A stretch of DNA of 63,878 bases, filler included, from Hyphochytrium catenoides (Eukaryota; Protista; Hyphochytriomycota): assembly GCA_900088475.1 (NCBI GenBank). It is 10 parts of 10 records of this genome, joined end to end, with 100 filler letters (N's around TTAATTAATTAA, not from the genome) between each part and the next. Parts side by side here need not be neighbours in the genome. Positions count along the whole stretch, not along the records: positions 19,698 to 41,725 come from FLMG01001117.1; positions 41,826 to 43,919 come from FLMG01004549.1; positions 44,020 to 46,313 come from FLMG01004354.1; positions 46,414 to 51,738 come from FLMG01000899.1; 6 more parts are not named here. One strand, given 5' to 3'. The position numbers and the translations under genes are program-made. Below the pieces are notes generated by a model. That model was given only the letters and a program-made list of their open reading frames with translations, did not search any database and was not told the origin of the DNA. Below, piece by piece: positions 35,190-46,971 of this stretch. How positions within the stretch are numbered: the stretch's first letter is position 1; each line of letters begins with the position of its first letter.

Positions 35190-38100
35190 TGTTGAGGACA
35201 GCCTTTTCTTCGGCACTGGTGTCCTCCACCTCGTACTAGACTGGCGCCGCGGAAGGACAGAGTTGCACTGTGACATTCACAGCTCACATTGCTACCAAAA
35301 GCGGAGATTGGCGTTTACGCAGCAATGTTGCTCCTGGAAGTTGAGAAGCCAGAAGAGACGATTCTTTACTGCTGCTTATAGTATACTCATAATCTACCTT
35401 AGACTAATCGTGAGAGATGACGGTCGTTACTTGTGGTTGTGTTTATTACTTCACTGCTCTTGATCCACTTATTGTTGTGCGTACTCAAAGCCGATGGAGA
35501 TGAGACGGTTTAGCATTACGCTTTAGGCAGCTAGAGGGCGATGACGGGTGGTGATTAACAACTGACTGCAGCGTGAGCGAACCAAAGCTTTGTGGGGATT
35601 GTACGGGAAGGGGAGGGGTAGCTCCTTATTTGCCTCTGGCTTTTTATTGGAACGCAACTTAAAAAAAATAAGGTGGTGATGATGCAGTTGGCTAGTCATA
35701 GCTGAGGAAGTAATGATGGCTGTGGCGCAGGGTTATGCGTCTTCGCCGGTGAAGATACGCACACAGTAAAAACCTCTACTTCAAGCACAATCCTAAGGCC
35801 AAGCATTCCCTAGCAGCCCACTCTAGGAAGGTGTGGAGGAAGTAGCTCTAGTAGAGCTACTCTAATAAAACAGGAAGATGGGGCCAGGAGTCAGGAGTCG
35901 CTGAGACGTTATTGACATCATGGGTCCAATGCATTCGTGGCCGGGTAGGTTCGCAGTCTACTGGGTTCTGTCCATTCGACCCGAAGGCAGAAGGCACAGT
36001 AATACTGAACCCAAAACGGTCACTTATGAAACGGACGAGGAAAGAAACATTAAATTTGTTGAATTGTGTTACTTTCAACTGCGGAGACGGAAGCCCGCAG
36101 TGGTAAAGACGCTGTCCTTGTACCTCTGCGATCTGCGCTCTGCTTCTTCCCACAACGAAAAATCCTCCTCACATCCTCAATCTTTCATTGAATCTTTCCT
36201 GCCTAAAGAGGCGGAGACTAATTGCCACAAATGACGTGGCGCGTGTCTTGCCACACCACCAACCCATCTCCCCGCCCATCAACATCAAAAGAGGCAAGCA
36301 TCCCCACCACCATCTCCAGCCATAATGAAACATCCCCAGTCCCTAGCAGTTTATTTATAGAAACAACGCATGCAGCTTCTTCTGGTGAATAGGAGGTGAG
36401 CTAGGTGAAGCTCAGAGTTTCCATGGGACGTCGGTCTATGAGTTGGGCTTGGCTGAATGACATGAGCAAGTGTTCTCGAAGGCACAGTGCCACTCGATCC
36501 TTCCATGCCAGGACCGGACCGCAGACCTAGGCAGAAAGGAGATGATGACCAGCTGACAGGGGCAATTATTTTTAGGTCCTACTACCGCCCGTCGGCCGCA
36601 GGCATAGAATGGCTAAATTAGATAGCTGACGGGAGCAGGAGCAATAATGCCTAATAACGCCTTACCTACTAGAGCCGGCAGGACCATGAAGACTTGAAGG
36701 AGATTAGCAGCTGGCTGGCTGGAGCAGTGCCTTGGGCCTACTACGGCCCGCCAGATTCATGCTGCAAGAACCAGCGTACTACTACCAGGATGAGGGCTGC
36801 AGCGCCAGCCACTTTGCCAGTCGTCTGCATGCATTTTTTGACAGTGGTTGCTCCCAGCAGTTCTCCCGCATCATGCTTTGTTTCAAACAAAATTTGAGCA
36901 CGATATAACCGAATCGGGTTCAGCAATAGCGTGATGGTGTAAGGTTAGCTCAGTGATCATGTGAAGAGGAAAATGAGAGTACGCGCTGAGCAGACTCTTA
37001 ATCTGCAGCAATGATAATAGCCGCTCAGCTGCGTCACTGTGGGATGGAACTTAAGAGGAGGACCATACCCTATCCTGTTGCCCCACCCTTTTTGTCACCG
37101 CGCCCCAAATCATTGTCTATCAGTGATAAGATCAACAAGTTTGAGGAGGGAACAAGGGGACCGTTAACCCCCCTCCTTACCTCCCCGAGGTCACTCTCTT
37201 ATAGTGAAAGTAGCACTATGATGGGTGGCGACGCTGCATCAGTGCCGCCCACAGCTCCTTCTCTGTCACTGCTAGTGCTGCCGAGCGGTATAGCATCGGA
37301 ACAACTCTTCCTCCTCCCTAAATTCCAGAGGGTTACCTTTCTTCTCTTAACTCTGGCTCTCAAAATTGCCAAATCATGGCTCTCACGAACCCTCGCAGAG
37401 CACTAATGGTTGATGGACCTGTTGATTATTATAGTTCTCGCATTGCATTCATGATCCATAGTGCACGTCCTTGGAACCTCTTGAACTCTCTGCTCCTACG
37501 TCCAGAATCGGTGATGGGACCTTCAATTCAGACTGCGACCTCGCCTCCTATGTAATAACCCTGGTGCTCTACATGATAACATTTATCTTCTGATCTTCCC
37601 TTGCTCGTCACGTTAAGTATCCTTGGGCTGCTCAGGTCAAGTCAACCTAGGCATTGAAATCAAATTCTCTACTCCTTGACCTATGCACCTACAGCGGGTA
37701 ACCATTTAGGCCGGTCCCCGCCGTTCAAGTCGTGTAAGAAAGATTTTCCAAGACTTTTGTCCATTATCTGTTCTCTATTCCATGTCGTTTGCCATCCGAA
37801 TAGGGCAATCAAAGCTCTTCGTCGTGACTGCCAACATCTTGTATAGTAGGGAGGAGACAGAGAGAGAGAGAGGATTGATTGCCGAGGAGAAGTGGAGAAT
37901 GTGCAGGTGAAAAGGTCGGCAGCTGGAAGCAGACATAACAAGCGGGACGGTTTTATGGTCCATTAAATAGTTCTTTGTTCCCTAAGCTGCTAGATACAGG
38001 AAAGAGGGCGAGCAACAGGGATGCTATGACCAACAACGGACAAGATTAAAAAGAATAATACTCGGCGATGGAAAGAGAGAAGAGGAAAGAAGGAATGGGG

Positions 38101-41100
38101 CAGTAAGAGAATGAGAGCGGCCTGTAAAAGAAGTGTAGGTACGAAGAGAAGAGGTTAGGACGTAGACGAAGAAAGAGCCGCAGAGCATGTAACATCGACG
38201 TGGTGTGATAACAAGAACGCTGGGATAGGAAATGTCCATAGGAAAGAAGAGGATGATTCTTGAAGTAAAGGCCGAAGCGATAAAAGATAGCATAAGGGAA
38301 AAGACCCTTGAACAGAGAGGGGGGAGATGATACTAGAGAGAGAACGAAATGAGATTGTGATAGAGCAGAAAAAGACGCAAGCAACGTGACTCTACTCTGT
38401 ATTAGAGGCTTTATTAGCTGCGGCAGCTGTGATGCCAGAGAAGTCAGACGGGTACTCATGGGCAGAAAGACGAAACTCTATAGACAATATAAGAACGAAC
38501 GAGCATGACCACTAAACGAAAAGTAGGAGAGGGGCATGACCACTAAACGGAAAGTTAGTTGCCCGCAGCAAGAGAAGGACTGCTAAGGCATGTCTTCACT
38601 TCAGAAGTAAAGCGAAAGGCGATGGAGGTGGAAAGGAAAAGGAACAAGGCAAAGATGATAAAGAGAGGGTTATGGAGGCCATGGCAGAGAAGAAGCAATA
38701 AATATAGACCAAGAAAATCACTTTATTTGGCCCGCAACTCAAGATCGGGCTGCTCAGGCTGCTACACACAGGATTAGAGACTGAGAGCTTTTTGGGATAC
38801 CCGAAAGAACAAAGAACCACCAAAGATTGTGTCTGGAGACGAGATGATTGTGAATAGTTGGCATAGAGCGAGGGTGTGCTTAGAGAAGACGGAGAGAGAA
38901 GGCAAGACAAATATAAGAGCTGAATGGATAGAGAGAGAGACAAGGAGACAAAAAAGAGAGCGAGAGCTAGCCTGATAGAATTGAGCCATGACCCTTGATG
39001 AAAACAAGAGCCGCTCCCGCTCCCTCTCGTGATGAAGGAGTTCGACGCGTTAAACATCTGTCATCGTTCTTTCAACATCTAACCACGGTCCAGCAGCCGA
39101 CGAATGACAAAGTGCTAAGGTTACACAGGCATCAGACTTGATAGTGCACGGACTGTAGGGTGACCGTCTCAGTGCGGCAGAGCGCACACGGAATGGCAGC
39201 TCCATTCCGCTCCTACCTGAACGAGAAAGAGAGCGGCGTCTGTGTAAAGACGGAAGGGACAAAGAGCCAACCACCGCCAAGCTGCCATGACTGATTGACG
39301 GACGGTAGAATCAACGGCATTAGGAGGTATCCTTCAAACAGATGCACAGTGTATCGACCGAGTCCGACGAAACGAGCGCATCAGCAGGCTCAAACTGGAA
39401 ACAAGGGAAGTAAATTACTCTCCTGTTCATCCGGTTTAAGGCCTATCATCTTCGTCAACTCAGCCACTGTCGATATTTGAGCTGGAAAAGAGCAGCCTTC
39501 CGGTGGCAGTGTTTATGCCGGCATAGCGAACTGTCTGCTCCCTCTCCCTTAGGAAGAGCCAGCGGATCAGCCTGATTCTTCTTCATTGATGATGGGCAGC
39601 AATACTACTAGTTGTTGAGAGCGTTCTTCTTGGTTTTGACCACTGATCCCCAGCTTGGGCGCCTCGACCTTCTTGGGAAAGCCGGGCAGTGGTTTCTGCT
39701 CAACGGGATATAGAAACAGTAGACAGCGCCTGACCAGCAGACAGAGATCTCAGAGCCCCGATGATTTCTCCTCTCCCAAAAAAAAAGCTACCTGGTCTTT
39801 TCTACTTGTGTGCAAAGGGGGAACTGGCAACGGTTGGCTCCTTTCAGGGGGAGCCCTGGGGTTGTACCTGTGTAGTCCTTTTGTCCTTCGTAGTATCTGG
39901 GAGGGCGCTGCACAGAGACTTCTCAACCGGTAGCGGCAGGGCGGCAGCGGCGATAAAGGCCCGCCGCCCCACCACTAGTTGCCGGCACTTCCAAGAAATG
40001 CTGTATGATGAGTCAGAGTCAGAGTTGCCCTGATGGCTGATATACTCATCTGCTGAGTTACTTCTCCACCTTGGAGACAGCGGCCAGATGTCAGATTGCT
40101 GTCGGAGGGGCAAGTCTTTGAGGACGATTTGTATTATCAAAGCGACACTATGATGAACACTCTCTTGCTGATGATCTACGTCATCTGCATTCGTCTCTCT
40201 CTCTTCTATCTCTCTGTGCCCCTTCTGCTGCTCTTCTTAAGTTCCTCTCTATTTGTCTCTTGCTCATCATTCTTCTGAGTCTCAAAAAATCCTCGATTGT
40301 CTTATCTGGTTGTGGAGGTGTCTCTGTTCATTGATCTCTCCACCCTCGTAGCTGCTACTCTTCTCTCTTCCTCCATCTTGCGCTTCTTGTACCTCTCTCT
40401 TCTAAAGCTCTCCTCTCTTCCCTTTCCCTCTTTCCGCTCCTTTTAACGGCTTTTGTCCCGGTCTCACTTGCTTTAGCGCTTTCCAATCTATCCTCAACAA
40501 GGTTCGTTCTATCTATGTACAATCTGCAGTGTCGCATCATGGCTTTAGCAGCTGTTTTCGTATGCCGCCTCCGAGGTGCTGAGGAGAAAGCTGAGTAAGC
40601 CTTTTCCTGCACAAATATTCAGGCCAGGACTACTAGTGGGAAACAGAAGAGATCACATCAAACCGCGGATACCGTTCGAGAGCTAAAGCGAGAGGGATGC
40701 AATGTATGTGGCTTAATAGGGAGTGCTGCGTGCCTTTCCTCACGATGCAATCTCGCGACAATCCACCCGCGAGTGCTTCCCATTCTGAAATTTCATCATC
40801 TTAGGCAGTCACAGGTTCCAGGTGGCCGGCTGGGCTCGAGCCACCGCCAAGTTTGCTGTTCTCGTTGACAGCGGAGGTGGAGGGCGCGGCAAAGAGGGAA
40901 CCTAGAGTAAAGTCCGCACCAACTTCTCAAGACTACTAAGCTCCTTTATAATGATCCATCAGTCTGTTTTTCTTCATATTTGCCTCCTCTCTTTCTGTTC
41001 CGCCTTGCTTTCTTACTTTGACTCTCTTTCTCTTCTGCTTATTGTGTTGCTCTATATCTCCCTTTCCTCTTCAAATTGGCCCTCTGCCTTCCCTTTTCAG

Positions 41101-41456
41101 TCTTACTGGCCTCTTCCCTACCTAGTGCTGGGTCTTTTCCTCTTTCTCTCTTCTTATCTCTTCACCATGACTGCCTTTCTTCTTACTCTTCCTCCTGCAC
41201 CAGGCCTTCTACTTGCTTCTCTTTCCCCTTCTCCCTAGTTATTTTCTGTCGCTGTTCGCAGATTGACAGGCAGAGCACTAAGAGACACACAGTCATTCAG
41301 TCAATTGACACATAATCATCAGCAAGTCCCTTTGTTACATGTACATCTAGACAGAGCTCCAGACATCATCAATATCTACCTCTGCTAAAGGTCGTCAGGT
41401 TTCTTTTTACTCCCTCCTCCTTTCTCCAGTGTGTCTGTCTCTCTTCCTGTCTTCTG

Positions 41457-41504
<48 letters not shown>

Positions 41505-42453
41505 GTTAAAATCTCCGTCACTTTCTTTTCTCCTCGTTTTCTCGCTTTATGTTTCCTCCTTTATTCTTTGCACGCTCTCTCCCTCCTCGTTCAATGTCTC
41601 CGATCTTTTCCCTCCTCAGTCATGAACCTTCCTCTATCCTCTCCCTCTCGCTGCTACTCTCCCAACCAGTTTCAAAATGCCATCGCGCATACTCTTCCTA
41701 ACTCAGCTCTGTCTTCTTTATGATANNNNNNNNNNNNNNNNNNNNNNNNNNNNNNNNNNNNNNNNNNNNTTAATTAATTAANNNNNNNNNNNNNNNNNNN
41801 NNNNNNNNNNNNNNNNNNNNNNNNNCTGTGAGCCTTTTAGAGCTCTTGTCAGCTTCTGCTCTCAACAGATTGTGAGGTCCTACGGGCTTACAAAGTCATA
41901 TCTAATGACATTGTCCAAGCATCCCATACAAATACATCATGTTATGGTCCAGGAGACCGGGTTCCACTTCAGGAGGACGTAGATATTTTGTCCAATATAC
42001 GTAGACAACCCTGAACTCTAATGGGAGATATTAAACACCAATCTAGGATTCTATTCCCAAATTATAGATTTGCTTTAGGGAGTCAATAAAGATTGAAAAA
42101 CACCAAAAGTCGGATCAAACAGCGAAGCCCTCTACCTGGCATAAATTTAGGAATTTCCAAGATCTACCTCCGAAGCATATCCTCCGGCTGGATTTTTTCA
42201 CCAGGGAAAAATTTGGGTTGTCCTGGGAGACTTCTGACTTGTTCTGGGGTTCGCGACATCTGGTAGAATCTGGTAGGTAGGATCGAATCTAACTCTACGA
42301 TTATGAAGGGGTTTTGATCCTGGGGTTTGGCTGAATGAAACTTTTCCTATTGGTTGTGTTGAACTGTGATCGACGCTGAAACCAAAAAGTGTACAGCGGA
42401 CGACGCAGAGGGGAAAATCCCTGGTATATAACAAAAACGGAGATTAGTCAAGA

Positions 42454-42534
42454 GTACGTTTGGTGTATGGTGCATACTGGTTAGGGTGTCGGCATCAAAG
42501 ACAGAGGTCATGGGTTCAAATCCCGGAGCGTACA
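42454..42534 (+). mobile_element. tRNA-derived element (SINE head or tRNA pseudogene)
   Basis: Acceptor-like stem GTACGTT/AGCGTAC, A-box TGGTGCATACTGG and B-box GGGTTCAAATCCC. The anticodon stem is mismatched and the D region carries a short duplication. Confidence 0.6.
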
Positions 42535-42759
42535 AAACTTTTCTCCGGTATATCCAGACATCCCCCAATATTAATACAAAGTGCTCACCATCCAAATGAT
42601 AAAATCTAACAGGTTGGAGCAATCTGTACTGGATCTAGAACCTGAGATTGGAATCCTAGATCGGTGTTTAATACCTTCCACTGTAAAGTACTCATCACCA
42701 ACTCTTTTAGAGTAACATGGTGTACGTTGCGACCAAACATCTCAGACAATAATGAGCCA

Positions 42760-43110
42760 TTCGGTTGTGTTTTCACAGACGACCGTCACAGTTCCATGTG
42801 AATCTAGAGCTTCCGGTATGGCACTTGGTAAAGCTCCTCAGCAGCCCTGCCTTTGTGATGCTGGATTTGTATGAGATGATTGAACAATGTCCTTAGTCGA
42901 GAGTGCTCTACTCGTAAGCCCAACTGGGATCCCACAATCTAGAGCTATTCTGACTATGCCAACTATTCCTACTGAACCCTAAGATATCCAGTCATAGAGG
43001 TATTCTTGTCCAGAACAGTCAGTCTTGAAGGTATTCGCGGATACTGACCATAAGCCATAGATATAAACAGGGACATCTCGATTGCTTAGTATCTCGGCTT
43101 CTATTGAAAG
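42760..43110 (+). mobile_element. Highly degenerate Ty3/gypsy RNase H-like remnant
   Basis: Broken translation TVTVPCESRASGMALGKAPQQ ... VFADTDHKP echoes the xDASxxGLGAVLxQ ... TDHKPL motifs; many stops. Confidence 0.3.
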
Positions 43111-43530
43111 TTTTTTGGAGCTGGGATTTGGGTAGTTAAGCCAGCTTGTAGTCCACATAGCTGAGCCCTCAGGTTTCAACATCTGAGAGCTGCATCTCGC
43201 AAAGCATACCCATAACATGGAGCGCTGCTAACACTGGGTGATTATAGTTTCATGAGGTTGGCGGGGCGGGGCGATGGACTTCTGATCATGTTTTCCCAAT
43301 CAGACCTACTGTAGGAGGCCGTCCGCATAACAGTGGTGGCCGCTTTTCCAATCGACCGATGTTAGGCTTAGACTGTATTAAGGGCTACACTACCCTCCCA
43401 AAAAAGTGGTCGCCGAAATTGGGTGGGGTTACAGGGTTTAAGCGTTAGTCCAGTCAATTGACCTGGGACACTATCCCTATACAAAAGAATGGCTTAAGGT
43501 GGACGACCACTCAGTGCACCTGTCAGACTT

Positions 43531-43645
43531 CTTTGGCGAGCCCGAAGGGCGAAGCTTTTTTGTTTAGGTTTTTGCGCCAGGCGATGCAGAATTTTTTTCC
43601 GATTTGTTCGTCCGCGTCTGTCTGTCTGTCTGTCCGTCTGTTCAC
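43531..43645. mobile_element. Possible Helentron-associated (DINE-1/HINE-like) element end
   Basis: Short GC hairpin gcccgaagggc next to T-runs, followed by a (GTCY)n microsatellite gtctgtctgtctgtctgtccgtctgt. Confidence 0.35.
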
Positions 43646-46600
43646 AGGTAGTAAATCGTACCCCCGGACCAGCACAATTCTGAGGTTGACGTTAGTTAAT
43701 TCATGATTTGTTTCCAATCACCATTTTGATAAGCATTCTCTGTTCGAATAAACGTAAGTGCTTACCTAAATAGGACCATGAAAGGGGGGTAAAAAGAAGC
43801 CAAAAGGACTTTGAAAACAAATGCGAACGTCGTTAATTCTGTGATTGGTCAGTTTTTGAAATCACCAACTAATCAATTCATCGAAAGCATATTGTTCGTC
43901 TTGGGTTCATTAGTTCATTNNNNNNNNNNNNNNNNNNNNNNNNNNNNNNNNNNNNNNNNNNNNTTAATTAATTAANNNNNNNNNNNNNNNNNNNNNNNNN
44001 NNNNNNNNNNNNNNNNNNNTACAATGCGTCGCGACTACGTCTGTCAAAGTCTCATGGAGCAAGGAGGAGAGAGAGGCGGAGGTGGGGCAGCTGGAGGAGC
44101 AGGAGGAAGAGTGAAGCGAAGGAGCTCCTTAGAGAAGTCCTTCCTGTCCCCCGTCTTTCTGTCTCCGGCCCCCCGGTTTCCCCTTCACACCAAATCGAAC
44201 ATGTCCGCCCGCTCCTGACGCTGCGCTACTCTCTCCCGTCCGTTACACCCACGCTCAGCCGTTATTTCCTTTCCCCACAAAAAAGACAGATCTCGACTCC
44301 TGGAGAAGCTCTGAAGATTCAGTACCAAACAAATAAGATGGTTTCTTTTATGGGAGGACGGGACTGAATAGTACTTCCTGATACGACAGCCTTTCATGCT
44401 TCTCATGTCATTCTTCTCTCTCTTCTTCTGTTGCCTGCTGCTTCTGCTTGAGAGGAGCGAACATCCTCAGATTGCTAATAGATGATGGTGGTATGGGCTA
44501 GCACGTAGACCCAGCAGCAGTATTAGGAGTAAGGACCATACAGAGCAACTGGAGCAGGCAGTAGTGTCGTCGCGATCATGCATCCCTGTCAGCTGCAAGT
44601 GTCAAATGTTCTCAAACTGTAGAATAAAGAAGGTAGCAGGGCTGCTGACGCCTTTATTTCTACAGCTGATGCAAGAAGGTATTATAGGAAGGACAAAGTT
44701 AGATAAATAGCGGAGGAAGAAGTGACGCTGACAACAACGAGAGTTCGGAGGAGGAGAGTGAGCAACGAATTGAGCACGTTGAATAAAGTTCCATACCAGG
44801 ACTGATGTGTGGCGGACCGGAGAGCCGGCCGCTTACCGGCGCGGCAGCGGCGTAAAGGGAAATGCGCTTGTATTTACTCTGTGTTTACCATCCAGAAGAG
44901 CGTGAAGCATTTTCCGACAGTGGTGGTTGCAACTCTGCTGATGACGGTGTTCTCATCATTTTGAATCCACTTGCACCGGTTGGAGGAGGAAGTTATTATA
45001 AAGAAGACCGATCAATCATCTTACAAGAACGGACGTAGTAAGCTTCCGGGTAGTGGGTTGCGACAATAGCGCAAACCGTGTAATGATAGCTGACTTTTTA
45101 GTTATAGCTGAAGTCTCAGCTACTAGGTGAATGATAGGCTGATAGTTAGCACACCCGTTCAATGATCCGTTCAATGATGATCGGAAGCATCCGGTAACCT
45201 CGCTAGGCTCTGTTTCTTGCGTTAATTGCTGTACTACCACCAAGATTGACGATTAAATGAAGTCATTCACTGTCTCTTGGCCGCCCTCTGCCAATTGGGG
45301 CCACCACCTGCCAGGCCTCAAAATACTGGATGAGCAAATGCTCCCGCACTCCAAAGTTTTATTTATTCAAATAGTGTTGTCTTCCTTCTATTCCTGCCCA
45401 CGTCGCCGCAACCGCAGTCGATAATATTCTATGACTATCTGTAAGGAAAGTATTCTGAGACGAGGTGACATGGGAAGAATGTTGTTCAATCATAAATGGG
45501 ATCAGCAAAAAAATACAAGTGTAAGGACCACTTGCTCATTCATCAGCTAGCTCCTTACGAGAGAGAGAGAGGCTTTCAGCGACGACCCACTTGCAATCGG
45601 TAAGAACAAGCCTGCACTTAACAGACTTCGAATTCAGCGCCTGGAAAGCAGAGGCCGCGGCCTCTTTTACCATCATTCAGCAGATCCTGCTCCACCATGC
45701 CCGACGGACAGGACTGATTACTGATCAATAAAATAGCTTTCCATCGTCGAGAAGGATGGCCTTCTCCTGTCGTGCTAGGGGGTCAGAGACGAAGCATTCA
45801 AACATTTCGACCCACCACTCGAGAACTTGAATGAGGTCAGCAGACGACATCAGCAGTGGCCGCCGCCAAGGAGAAGATAGAACGAAGAAGGCCTGGGCCT
45901 GTTCAGCAGAGCCTCAGTGCCTGCCTCATCAGCACATCATCATTCCTGATTCTGCTATCGAGTGCGTCCAAAGTCCTTTCGAGACGAGGGACGGATGTAT
46001 GACTGAGAAGAGAGTGTGGTCGGCGGCGGCGGGGAGAGGACAGAAGATGCGAATCCTGCCTTTTGGTCAAGGGAAAAGATGGCCGACAGCCCTTTCTTTG
46101 GAGAGGAGGGACATCCGCGCCGTAGTAATGCCCTGTAGTCACGGGATATACCTTACCAGAGACCTACACGCTGAAATAATAGTCCTGTGCACAAGGGCCA
46201 AAGCTTGTCCTGTCTGTTCTTCTCTTTCTGCCCTGGTCAGCCTCCCACCCTCCTCACCCCTCACCTTCTCCTCCTGGACATGCTCACTCAAGCCCACCCA
46301 GCCCATTCTTGTTNNNNNNNNNNNNNNNNNNNNNNNNNNNNNNNNNNNNNNNNNNNNTTAATTAATTAANNNNNNNNNNNNNNNNNNNNNNNNNNNNNNN
46401 NNNNNNNNNNNNNCATTTATGAAAGGAATTTCCAGTTCTTGGCCAGATCAGCTCGTAGGGCCATAGAGTATTTCGTAGTTCTGAGGTTCGAAGGGTTGTA
46501 GTGGACGAAGAAGGAGCAGGAGAGGAAGTGTCGCTTGATGCTTGACTGATCGGGCTGCCTCTTCCTTCCTTCCTCTTCTTTTTCTCTCTCTCTCTCACAC

Positions 46601-46971
46601 ATTCTCTCTCTCTCTTTCTCCATCTCTGCTTGGCGTTATTCTTCTCCCCGTTTTTCCTGATCACTGTTGCCATTATTCTCTTTGCTCTTTGGCTTCTGTC
46701 TCAGTCCCCGAGTCCCTCCTCGCTCTTGCTTATTGCAGGTCTCGGGCTTAACTTTCTCCCGCTTTATCTCTTTATCTCCATGCCCTCTGTCTCCCTCCCT
46801 CTCCACCCTCCCCCTGTTCGCTCGCCTGCCCTATCTCCGGGTACTATGGACCCTATGTACCCTTATCCTACTCCTGCGTCCACCTTAAGACCCTCTCATC
46901 ACCCTCCTATCTTTCGCCGTTGCTCAACAACATCTTACTTTTCTCCCTGTCTCATGTCTGGCTCTATCTAG

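Noticed and set aside
35300-41700. Scattered 60-150 aa ORFs
   Set aside because: No motifs, no consistent exon chain and low complexity; treated as intergenic or decayed sequence.
42454-42534. Functional tRNA gene
   Set aside because: Anticodon and T stems are mismatched and the D region is over-long.
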